From Bacteroidota bacterium (GTDB lineage Bacteria; Bacteroidota; Bacteroidia; Chitinophagales; Saprospiraceae): 47,567 nucleotides of DNA. Positions within the stretch are counted from its first letter, which is position 1. Every line of letters starts with the position of its first letter. The stretch is from NCBI GenBank assembly GCA_024276375.1, contig JAJRXG010000290.1, positions 1 to 47,567 on the forward strand. The letters are read 5' to 3'. Positions 1 to 8,213 of this stretch are shown here, piece after piece. A program made the position numbers and the translations under genes. The notes under the pieces were generated by a model. That model was given only the letters and a program-made list of their open reading frames with translations, had not been told where the DNA came from and ran no database searches.

Positions 1-48
1 ATTAACCGGAACATGATAAAAATTGAAAAATTATCCCTACTTCTTTTT

Positions 49-225
49 GAGGAGTTTCGGGATTGCCTCCCGCGGAGGACACAGCAGCCATACGGTCGGT
101 GTGGGAGTGCGTTAGGAGTTATCATCCTCTAACCAAGCTCATGATCGCTCCCCCTCGTCTATATCGGCTGCCGTGCGAAGTGCAGGCATAGCCCTTGGAT
201 CGTCCGCTACAATATATCAGGCGCC
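49..225. other. GC-rich structured island, unassigned (possible ncRNA or foreign fragment)
   Basis: My count is 90/160 G+C for 61-220, versus 20/60 in flanking line 1681-1740. Nested complementary segments are 80-89/166-175, 103-107/148-152 and a central hairpin 111-133. No ORF of 60 aa or more. Confidence 0.3.
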
Positions 226-459
226 AATATATATCAAATTTTCCAAATAAAGAGAGACTAAATTTCAAATTTTAACATTTGGCGATCATATAACCGATGG
301 TATTGTGAGCGCAGTTACCTGACGCATGGCGGGATAAAAGTTGTTGCATAAGACGCTCGAGATAGAGACATCAGTCCCATTGGATGAGAAAAAATGTCTG
401 ATACGCTTTGAGCAGCTGATTTGAATCTTTTGGATACTTATGGGCGTGTAACCGGAAGA

Positions 460-1665
460 TCACATTTTATCCATTACGGTCTGTATATTTACAAGGCGAA
501 TCATGGAATTGCTTGAATTGAGGCTTTCTGAGGAATGCAAATCATAGAATACCAGATCCTGGGTGTCAAGAAAACCTAAGTAATAGTACATTTCGTAGTC
601 CTTGGCCAAAACGTATGATTGGCCGGTTTGTGTATCAATGATCGCTATAAAATAATGATGCGCATATTTTCTTGTATCAATTGGTTGATCAGGTTCTTGA
701 CTGGGCGAATACACTAAGACTATGTACTCATCCACACTTCTTAGAGAGTGAATTTGAAAGTTGTTATCAAAATGTTGTTCGGAAAGATTTTGCATATTTT
801 TTCCAATAAAATATGGAATGGGAAAATTAGTTTTTGGCAATTTTAAAGATAGGGTCCTGCGCAATTGTAATACTCCATTATTATCGATATTGTACTCATA
901 AATTTCTGGAATCGGTTCAATAATACCATACATTACTTTTTTGCTGTGATTATAAGAATAAAAAGGAGACACGGAACCATGGAGTTGTTTTTTTTGAATA
1001 AACGGGCTTTTCGGTGGGATTTTGCCCGTGTACTTGATACTTCCATTTTGCATATCATATGACATTAAAAAACGAATATCTTTAAAAGATTCGGTCGTGA
1101 TGCTTTTTATATTTTCTTTATTAAAAATACACGGTATTCCATGTTGAGAAAACATATAATATTTATTATTGGAAGTCTTTGTTGTTATAATTTCTGCGTA
1201 AGGGGTATTTATAGACTCACACTCCTCCAATTCCACCAATAGATCGCCATAGGATTTTGTTATTAAATTGTATGATTTGATACCGCGAGTTGAGCTAATT
1301 AGTAATTCACTGGATTCCGGACCAAATCCGGCATATTGGAATACACCTCCTAGGGGATTATTGTAAGACCCTCCGGGATTAAAATGAAAAAAAGATTCAT
1401 TTAAGTCGAAACCCTTAATTAATCCATCATTGTAATCATATAGCAGGCAGGTGTCACCCTTAGTTCCTATCGATATGGGAAGGAGTATTGGCATATCAAT
1501 AAAAAGAGAGTCTGTAAAAACATCATATGTTATATTTTTGACCGTTCCAGAAAAGGTGATTTGATCATGTATCGTCTGATCCGTCGATTTGTATTTAGCC
1601 ATGTCACAATTGAGAAAAAGAACTGCGTACAAAGTATATACTGCAATCCGTCTGGTAAATGTCAT
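460..1665 (-). CDS. hypothetical lipoprotein
   Basis: 401-aa ORF. The N-terminus MTFTRRIAVYTLYAVLFLNC is a hydrophobic signal ending in a lipobox-like Cys. No catalytic motif recognised. Confidence 0.7.
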   Translation of the reverse strand: MTFTRRIAVYTLYAVLFLNCDMAKYKSTDQTIHDQITFSGTVKNITYDVFTDSLFIDMPILLPISIGTKGDTCLLYDYNDGLIKGFDLNESFFHFNPGGSYNNPLGGVFQYAGFGPESSELLISSTRGIKSYNLITKSYGDLLVELEECESINTPYAEIITTKTSNNKYYMFSQHGIPCIFNKENIKSITTESFKDIRFLMSYDMQNGSIKYTGKIPPKSPFIQKKQLHGSVSPFYSYNHSKKVMYGIIEPIPEIYEYNIDNNGVLQLRRTLSLKLPKTNFPIPYFIGKNMQNLSEQHFDNNFQIHSLRSVDEYIVLVYSPSQEPDQPIDTRKYAHHYFIAIIDTQTGQSYVLAKDYEMYYYLGFLDTQDLVFYDLHSSESLNSSNSMIRLVNIQTVMDKM

Positions 1666-1823
1666 ATTGAATTATATTTTTGTAAAAATAAGGAAGTAAT
1701 CGCATATCTCTAGGTTTATGCAGTGCATTGGATCATCAATTCTTTATCAGCGAAATTTTTCATTAATCAAGGATCACAGAAAAGCGATGGTGGTCATAGA
1801 GTTCATTTCATCAAGGATCAAGC

Positions 1824-1856
1824 TTAAAAGAAGCCACTGGAGTGTTCAGTGGCTTC
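1824..1856 (-). terminator. rho-independent terminator of the small Cys-rich gene
   Basis: 10-bp perfect stem GAAGCCACTG (1830-1839) / CAGTGGCTTC (1847-1856) with a 7-nt loop. On the minus strand it is followed by a short T run (1826-1829). It lies about 45 nt downstream of the stop at 1899. Confidence 0.55.
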
Positions 1857-1898
1857 ATAAATAGTAAGGTATGATGTGTTGTGAAGGTGTCTCATTGC

Positions 1899-2111
1899 CT
1901 ATTTCTTGCGATCACATTCCACCACACAAAAACAATCCCAACCACCATCGACACAAATACATAGCGTTTTGCCAAATATTTTTTCTTCTTGTCCTGATAT
2001 GATTCTGACACATTTTTTAGAAGATTGTGCTGACAGATCCATTTGAGCTAGAAATAGAACTGATCCAGTAAGTAGCAGACTTGATAAAAAAATAGCTTTC
2101 ATCTTTCTCAT
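1899..2111 (-). CDS. small secreted six-cysteine protein (70 aa)
   Basis: Internal ATG of the 134-aa track ORF. MRKMKAIFLSSLLLTGSVLFLAQ is a Sec-type signal. The mature part has the pattern C-x16-C-x-C-x6-C-x-C-x3-C. A terminator lies downstream. The longer upstream extension runs through a GC-rich non-protein-like stretch. Confidence 0.55.
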   Translation of the reverse strand: MRKMKAIFLSSLLLTGSVLFLAQMDLSAQSSKKCVRIISGQEEKIFGKTLCICVDGGWDCFCVVECDRKK

Positions 2112-2149
2112 CGTGTAAAATTTGTTTTCTCTCGCACCCCACACCATTT

Positions 2150-2337
2150 TAAGGAGGCTGCCCGTACTGCAATATCGCGTGGGCATATTCATGCGGTGTG
2201 GATCCTCCCTCCGGGACACTTCCGGCGGATAGGGTCTGACCACGTGGCCTGCCTGCCGCCACCCTGTCCTGGGGACGGCATACGGACGATGCACAGGCGC
2301 CATGTGCTGTGGTCATAACATCTCCCTTTTTTTTTTT
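2150..2337. other. GC-rich structured island ending in a T11 run, unassigned (candidate ncRNA or 5' leader)
   Basis: My count is 91/140 G+C for 2161-2300. Long-range pairing 2161-2170 with 2278-2285, hairpin CCGG-N7-CCGG 2211-2225, palindrome CCACGTGG 2240-2247 and T11 at 2327-2337. The only ORFs are low-complexity Pro/Arg/Gly-rich readings. Confidence 0.35.
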
Positions 2338-2608
2338 GGAAATGCAATGCTTATGTCCCCAAGATACGCGAGGATATTTCACTTGTCCAAATAAAGGGGA
2401 GGGGGTATTTTACATATATAAATAATTGTAATATATTGGTGTGTTGTGGGGGGAACCCTTTGCTGGCATTCTGCATATGACCCATGCGCTAAAGAATACC
2501 AGCAAAAAATCGCCAAGTCTCTCCGCACATAGAACAACAATTTAATCCTATCATCATTCAACGCTCATTCTCTCTCCAAAAAAGGTACTCATCCCTGCCA
2601 CTACCCTT

Positions 2609-3076
2609 TTAAGTTGTCACTTCTTGTTTGGCATAGGGCTTCAGTTTGTTGCCACGGACGGACAATTCGACAATCACTGTAAAGGTCGAACGAGCATTCT
2701 TGGCCAGTTTGGCCAAGGCAGCAATACCGCGGTACAGACTGTTTTTTCGCCCCCACCGATCCATATCTGACCGGAGCGGTTCAAAAGGCAATTCAAATTC
2801 CTTTTCGATCACCTGATCACTGGTAATATGTTGGTCAATTTTCATTTCCACTCTTCCGAGTATATACTCATCGATCAATTTGGATTTACGCCGGCCTCGC
2901 TGATACCGTTCTTTGAGCACAAAGTGGGCGGATTCTACATATTGGTCAGACTGAGATGTAATGCGAATCGACCCTTTCACGATTTCATCAGTTAAAGTGA
3001 GGGTTTCGGGTAAAATCAGTTCAACTTTCACACCTTCAATTCCCAACCAATCTTTGACTTTTTTTATCATACCCAC
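2609..3076 (-). CDS. SpoOM-like (sporulation-control/arrestin-like) family protein
   Basis: 155-aa ORF. The N-terminus IKKVKDWLGIEGVKVEL followed by beta-rich repeats resembles the SpoOM family. The start may be the second Met. Confidence 0.6.
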   Translation of the reverse strand: MGMIKKVKDWLGIEGVKVELILPETLTLTDEIVKGSIRITSQSDQYVESAHFVLKERYQRGRRKSKLIDEYILGRVEMKIDQHITSDQVIEKEFELPFEPLRSDMDRWGRKNSLYRGIAALAKLAKNARSTFTVIVELSVRGNKLKPYAKQEVTT

Positions 3077-3205
3077 ATGAATTAGACATCAAGATACTGC
3101 ATCCTGAAGAACATTGCTGGGCTTCATGCCCAAGTAAATGTTGTCATCGTCGAAGTACACCAAAAACTCGACCATAGGGCATCTTCAACAGGCCTCTATA
3201 TCAGA

Positions 3206-4708
3206 CTATAGCAGTTGATTGCTGTCAAACCACCGATCAACCAATTGATCTTCATCTGATCCGTAGGATTGATGATAAAACTCGTTGGTTTTTGGGTCAT
3301 ACCGATAATCTTTCTGCCATTGTTCATGATTTTTGGCCAAAGCTTTCAGGGACTCGAGAATAAAATCAATCTCCTCATTGCTCATGGTCGGATGAATCGA
3401 CATTCTAATCCATCCGGGCTTTTCTTCCAAATTTCCATGATCTATTTTTTGAGTAATGGCATGAGATACTTCAATCGGGATATGGAGTAAAAAATGTCCG
3501 TATGTTCCGGCGCAAGAGCATCCTCCCCTCATTTGAATACCAAATCTATCATTCATGAGCTTCACGCCGAGATTAAAGTGCAGGCCTTCTATATAAAACG
3601 AGAAAATACCTAGACGGTTTCTATTGTTTCCGGCGAGGATAATCAGGTTATCTATTGAAGATAGACCTTGGAATACCCTTTCAACAATCTCGTGTTCGCG
3701 GTCTAAGATATTTTGCACCCCCAATTTTTCTTTTAGCCTAGTGGCTAGAGCTGCCTTAATCGTCTGAAGGAAAGCCGGTGTGCCTCCATCTTCGCGCACT
3801 TCTATATCATCAAAATACTGATGTTCACCCCAAGGATTCGTCCATGCTACGGTGCCACCGCCCACATGATCGGGCACTTTGTTCTTGTACAACTCTTTGT
3901 TAAAAATCAATACCCCTGAAGAGCCCGGCCCTCCTAGAAATTTATGTGGAGAGAAGTAAATAGCATCGAGTCGTTCATCTTCGTCTTCAGGGTGCATATC
4001 GATATCTTGGTAAGGAGCAGAACAAGCAAAATCAACAAAACATAAACCGCCGTGCTGGTGCATCAATCGAGCGATGCGATGATAATCCGTCTTGATACCT
4101 GTGACATTAGAGCAAGAAGTCACGGAGGCTATTTTAACTTCTCTGTCCTTATACTTCTGGAGCAATGTATCGAGGTGATTCATATCTATCAAACCATCTT
4201 CGTCCGGCAATATACATTCTACTGTCGCTATTGTCTCGAGCCAAGATGTGTGATTGGAGTGATGCTCCATATGTGTAACAAACACAATCGGCCTATCCTC
4301 TTCTGCGATTGTAAAGTGACTTGATAGGCGTTCCGGTATTTTTAACCCCAATATCCGTTGAAACTTGTTGACGACTCCGGTCATACCAGAATCTGTAGTA
4401 ATAATAACATCAGAAGGGGCTGCATTGACATGATCCTTGATGACGGATTGGGCATGATGGTAAGCCTTGGTCATGGAAGTACCCGTGACATTGGATTCTG
4501 TATGGGTATTGCCTACAAGTGGCCCAATACTTTGGGAGATGATTTTTTCTATGGGCTCATATAATCGGCCACTTGCCGTCCAGTCCGCATAGACCATTGT
4601 TTTTTGCCCAAAAGGTGTATCAAAGACTATTTTATCACCTACGATATTTTTCTTAAAGGGTTCAAAGTATCGTTCTAAGTCAGTAGTTGTTTTTTTTAGA
4701 GCAGCCAT
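3206..4708 (-). CDS. aminotransferase class V-fold PLP-dependent enzyme (cysteine desulfurase/selenocysteine lyase-like)
   Basis: 500-aa ORF. The SPHKFLGGPGSSGVL segment holds the PLP-lysine context typical of class V enzymes, and HHSNHT lies upstream. Confidence 0.88.
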   Translation of the reverse strand: MAALKKTTTDLERYFEPFKKNIVGDKIVFDTPFGQKTMVYADWTASGRLYEPIEKIISQSIGPLVGNTHTESNVTGTSMTKAYHHAQSVIKDHVNAAPSDVIITTDSGMTGVVNKFQRILGLKIPERLSSHFTIAEEDRPIVFVTHMEHHSNHTSWLETIATVECILPDEDGLIDMNHLDTLLQKYKDREVKIASVTSCSNVTGIKTDYHRIARLMHQHGGLCFVDFACSAPYQDIDMHPEDEDERLDAIYFSPHKFLGGPGSSGVLIFNKELYKNKVPDHVGGGTVAWTNPWGEHQYFDDIEVREDGGTPAFLQTIKAALATRLKEKLGVQNILDREHEIVERVFQGLSSIDNLIILAGNNRNRLGIFSFYIEGLHFNLGVKLMNDRFGIQMRGGCSCAGTYGHFLLHIPIEVSHAITQKIDHGNLEEKPGWIRMSIHPTMSNEEIDFILESLKALAKNHEQWQKDYRYDPKTNEFYHQSYGSDEDQLVDRWFDSNQLL

Positions 4709-4823
4709 ATCTTTTGTATCATACTGTAAAGCTAAATATTATTTGTTAAGACCATCCCATGAAAAGATATCTGACTTACCTTAGTTCACATATATTGGGC
4801 GGATACACCTAATTTGGCAAGAG

Positions 4824-5339
4824 CTATAAAAATCTACGATGCCAGCTATCTTTGATCGGTATCAGCCATTGGTCATAGAGCTCACCTTTGTTCTTAACAA
4901 GGGCATTAAAAACAAGCGTGTTTTCGTCTATTATCCCATTGGCCTTAGCTTTGGACAACTCATTCATATGAATAGACCGGATGTCATCTTGTACGACACA
5001 ATAGAAATGAGTACGACCCAACAGATCTATACCGACTCTATCACTAATCCCTTGTATAGCTTGGGTTAAAGTGTCCATACTGCATCCGCTCGCGGCATGT
5101 GATCCCGCCTCATCTAAAGCCACAACAACAAAGCGCTGCAATACAACATCGCCCTTGGCTTTTAAGGCTATATTGTGCGCATTCCAATGAGGTAAGAATT
5201 GGTTTAACTCTCGCTTTATTTGGGTGATTTGTTCTGCGGACATAGGGCGTTCTGCCTGCCATAACCATATACGTGCTGATGGTGGCATGTTGTCAAACAC
5301 TTTTAATTCTTGCTCAATATCTATCCGATTAGAGACCAT
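4824..5339 (-). CDS. conserved hypothetical protein, co-operonic with the Fe-S/CCG pair
   Basis: 171-aa ORF. Its start overlaps the upstream gene's end by 11 nt (5329-5339), which implies translational coupling. Confidence 0.7.
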   Translation of the reverse strand: MVSNRIDIEQELKVFDNMPPSARIWLWQAERPMSAEQITQIKRELNQFLPHWNAHNIALKAKGDVVLQRFVVVALDEAGSHAASGCSMDTLTQAIQGISDRVGIDLLGRTHFYCVVQDDIRSIHMNELSKAKANGIIDENTLVFNALVKNKGELYDQWLIPIKDSWHRRFL

Positions 5340-6105
5340 TGTTTTGTACGATTAGTTCACTAATATCCAACACCATCACATCATCTTGTTTTTCCTGAGC
5401 TTTGAGTCCATCCATGAGCATGGTTATACAAAATGGACAATTGGCTGCAACGATATCGGGATTGGTTTTTAACGCTTCTTCAATACGATCGATATTGATC
5501 CGCTTGTCTCCGGGTTCATCTTCCTTAAACATCTGTGCACCTCCTGCTCCACAACACAAACCTTTAGACCTCGATCGTTCCATTTCAACCAAGTTTGCGT
5601 CCAGTTGGTTCAAAATATCTCTTGGAGCTTCATACTCTCCATTGATACGTCCCAGATAACAACTATCGTGATAAGTGATGCGCTTCCCTTCAAAGACACC
5701 GCCTTCTATTTTAAGCTTCCCTTCATCGATCAACTGTTGGATGAGTTGTGTATGGTGAAGCACTTCATAATCTCCACCGAGTTTAGGGTATTCGTGCTTC
5801 AGTGTATTGAAGCAATGCGGACAAGCGGTCACTATCTTCTGTACTTCATATCCATTCAATACCTCTATATTCTGCAAGGCAGACATTTGAAATAAAAACT
5901 CATTGCCGGCACGTCTGGCGGGATCACCGGTACAGCTTTCTTCATTGCCCAATATGGCAAATGAGATACCCGATGCGCTTAAAATTTTGGCAAAAGCCTC
6001 ACTGACTTTCTTCGCTCTTGCGTCAAAACTTCCTGCACAGCCGACCCAGAATAATATTTCTGGTTTTTGTCCTTCTGCTACATATTCAGCTATTGTTTTT
6101 ATCAT
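5329..6105 (-). CDS. (Fe-S)-binding protein with cysteine-rich CCG domains (HdrD/GlpC/LutA-like)
   Basis: 258 aa with two CCG-type motifs (WVGCAGSFD..ESCTGDP and SCYLGR..GLCCGAGGA..NCPFC). Confidence 0.9.
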   Translation of the reverse strand: MIKTIAEYVAEGQKPEILFWVGCAGSFDARAKKVSEAFAKILSASGISFAILGNEESCTGDPARRAGNEFLFQMSALQNIEVLNGYEVQKIVTACPHCFNTLKHEYPKLGGDYEVLHHTQLIQQLIDEGKLKIEGGVFEGKRITYHDSCYLGRINGEYEAPRDILNQLDANLVEMERSRSKGLCCGAGGAQMFKEDEPGDKRINIDRIEEALKTNPDIVAANCPFCITMLMDGLKAQEKQDDVMVLDISELIVQNNGL

Positions 6106-6157
6106 AATTTGCTTTTGCTGCTATCAATAGATTTCACCAATGCGGTACATATCACTC

Positions 6158-7522
6158 CTATATTTCTACCTCCTTGATCCAGGCTGCACGTTCATCAGAC
6201 AATTGCCATACAGCACCCGAGTTTTCAATACTATTAAACATGGGCAACCAATCCGCGGGCCCTGCCGAATTAGTCAATATATCATAGCGCCTCATGGCGA
6301 GAATCGGTTCTACAGGGTTGATCAATACCGGGCAGGCCTCCACACAAGCATTGCAAGTGGTGCAAGCATACAATTCTTCCGCTGAGATATAATCAAACAG
6401 AGACTTGCCATCGTCATAATTGTCTTTGGTCAAGGCAGCTCCCTCACTTATTTTGTCATCCGCGATATACTGGGCGTCACCAGATCTGATGTTGTTGCCG
6501 ATCTCTGTGGCACGATCTCTGATATCCATCATAATCTTTCGCGGGGAGAGCTTCTTGCCGGTAATATTGGCAGGACAAACTGATGAACAACGACCACACT
6601 CCGTACAAGTAAATGCTTCCAATATATTTTTCCACCCTAAATCCATAACATCCTTACTGCCAAACTCCGGTATCTCTTCAGACATTTCTCCTGAGTCCTC
6701 AATCAGCCCCATCATAGATTTGACTTCATTCATAATCTCAGGCATATTGTCCATTTCACCTCGGGATTTATCTTTGGAAAAATAAACATTGGGGAATGCC
6801 AAGAAGATGTGTAGATGCTTGGAAAATGGCAAGTAAGTAATAAAACCAAAGACCACCACGAGATGTAACCACCATCCAAAACGTTCTATAACATGCAAGG
6901 TAGAGGTATCCAAACTTCCAAAAAGAGCAGGACCCAGATGACTACTCACAGCGAGTGTCCCTGTATCCGGATAGTGCTCAGGGTCAAGATTTTGCAACAA
7001 TACATCTGCGCCATTCATACTAAAGATGCCTATCAATAAAAGCAATTCGCCGATCAAAATTAGATTGCCATCCAGTTTCGGCCAACCAGTCATTTCAGAC
7101 ATAACAAATCGAGGGACTTTAAGGATGTTCCTCCGCCACAGAAAAACAATCGTCGCCACAAATGCCAAAAGACTTAAAATCTCAATAAAATTGAGGATGA
7201 AGGTGTACAAGCCTCCGATCCTCTCTACAAAGAATCGATGCCCCCCTCCAAACCCATCAATAAAGATCTCCAATAACTCAACCTGTGTCAATAAGAAAGC
7301 CAGATAAATAAACAAATGAAATACTGCAGGAATCCATCTTTTAAACATTTTCTTTTGTCCAAATGCAACCAAAAGGACATTTTTCCAACGCCATGAAGGA
7401 TCGCCAGGTAAGTCTTCATCTTTTCCTAATTTTATGTTTGCGTATATTGCCCTATATTGCTTGAAGGCAATAAAAAACACAATGGCCGTAAACAGGGTAA
7501 AAACAATCTGAGATATACTCAT
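6158..7522 (-). CDS. membrane-anchored 4Fe-4S dicluster protein (HdrD/DsrMK-like N-terminal module)
   Basis: 454 aa. The N-terminal half has several hydrophobic helices. The C-terminal half has two ferredoxin motifs, CTECGRCSSVCP and CTTCNACVEACP. Confidence 0.9.
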   Translation of the reverse strand: MSISQIVFTLFTAIVFFIAFKQYRAIYANIKLGKDEDLPGDPSWRWKNVLLVAFGQKKMFKRWIPAVFHLFIYLAFLLTQVELLEIFIDGFGGGHRFFVERIGGLYTFILNFIEILSLLAFVATIVFLWRRNILKVPRFVMSEMTGWPKLDGNLILIGELLLLIGIFSMNGADVLLQNLDPEHYPDTGTLAVSSHLGPALFGSLDTSTLHVIERFGWWLHLVVVFGFITYLPFSKHLHIFLAFPNVYFSKDKSRGEMDNMPEIMNEVKSMMGLIEDSGEMSEEIPEFGSKDVMDLGWKNILEAFTCTECGRCSSVCPANITGKKLSPRKIMMDIRDRATEIGNNIRSGDAQYIADDKISEGAALTKDNYDDGKSLFDYISAEELYACTTCNACVEACPVLINPVEPILAMRRYDILTNSAGPADWLPMFNSIENSGAVWQLSDERAAWIKEVEI

Positions 7523-7572
7523 ACTTTATAATATTCTCGATTCAGTAGAAAGCAAAAATAACATCTATTCTT

Positions 7573-8073
7573 ATGTCCATACTCAATGATAGGCAAATCA
7601 ATCAAAAGGTCACAAGATTGGCGTACGAAATAATTGAACACAATATAAAGGCTCATAAAGTATTTTTGGCAGGAATCAATAACAATGGGTATAGATTTGC
7701 CCAATTGCTGATGGATCGACTGCAGCAGACACCACGATGTCCATTTGAAGTTGTCTTGCTCAGAATTGTGTTGGATCCTGCAAGACCCACATCCCGAGAG
7801 ATCACGGTAGATATCCCTTTTGAGGAGTTGGTCAATCAGAGTGTTATCCTTGTTGATGATGTCGCCAACACTGGTCGCACGCTCTTCTATGCATTTTCGC
7901 CATTTATGCCCCTTTTACTCAAGAAGCTACAGGTTGCAGTACTAGTAGATCGCAAGCACAAGGCATATCCGATTAGGGTAGATTACGTAGGCCTATCACT
8001 GGCGACGACAATCAAGGATCACATCGAAGTCAATTTGACTCGAAATGCAGAGTTTTCAGTCCAATTGTCCTGA
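7573..8073 (+). CDS. pyrR: PyrR-like phosphoribosyltransferase family protein
   Basis: 166 aa, colinear with PyrR. It has the PRPP-binding motif VILVDDVANTGRT and the C-terminal LVDRKHKAYPIRVDYVG block. Confidence 0.8.
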   Translation: MSILNDRQINQKVTRLAYEIIEHNIKAHKVFLAGINNNGYRFAQLLMDRLQQTPRCPFEVVLLRIVLDPARPTSREITVDIPFEELVNQSVILVDDVANTGRTLFYAFSPFMPLLLKKLQVAVLVDRKHKAYPIRVDYVGLSLATTIKDHIEVNLTRNAEFSVQLS

Positions 8074-8155
8074 GAATCATCATTAATTAACTTGTATAGA
8101 GAATTTTCGTATAATATTTTTACCGATATATTATACTAGGTTGGTATATGAGTAA

Positions 8156-8163
8156 TACCTTTG
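8156..8163 (+). promoter_or_regulatory. candidate Bacteroidota -7 promoter box (TACCTTTG)
   Basis: Exact match to TAnnTTTG, 50 nt upstream of the receptor ATG at 8214. Confidence 0.3.
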
Positions 8164-8213
8164 CTCCACTGTTAATACCTATTATTAATTTATTTAATAT
8201 TTAAACCAATAGT

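Noticed and set aside
328-340. GGCGGGATAAAAG resembles the conserved core of the guanidine-I (ykkC) riboswitch
   Set aside because: The flanking conserved blocks (GGUCCGAGAG upstream, CCCGGGAG downstream) are absent, and no plausible regulated gene follows.
2205-2262. CCGGAAG / GGTCAGAC strings (minus strand) reminiscent of SRP RNA domain IV or 5S rRNA
   Set aside because: The diagnostic GGAAGCAGC segment of SRP RNA and the 5S loop motifs are missing. No tRNA T-loop (GGTTCGAATCC-like) occurs in either GC-rich island.
1899-2382. Long track ORFs 1899-2303 (134 aa) and 2149-2382 (77 aa) running through the GC-rich island
   Set aside because: The parts inside 2150-2330 are Pro/Arg/Gly/Ala-rich and look like stop-free GC-rich sequence, not protein. 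The credible gene is the 70-aa product from the internal ATG at 2111, which has a signal peptide.
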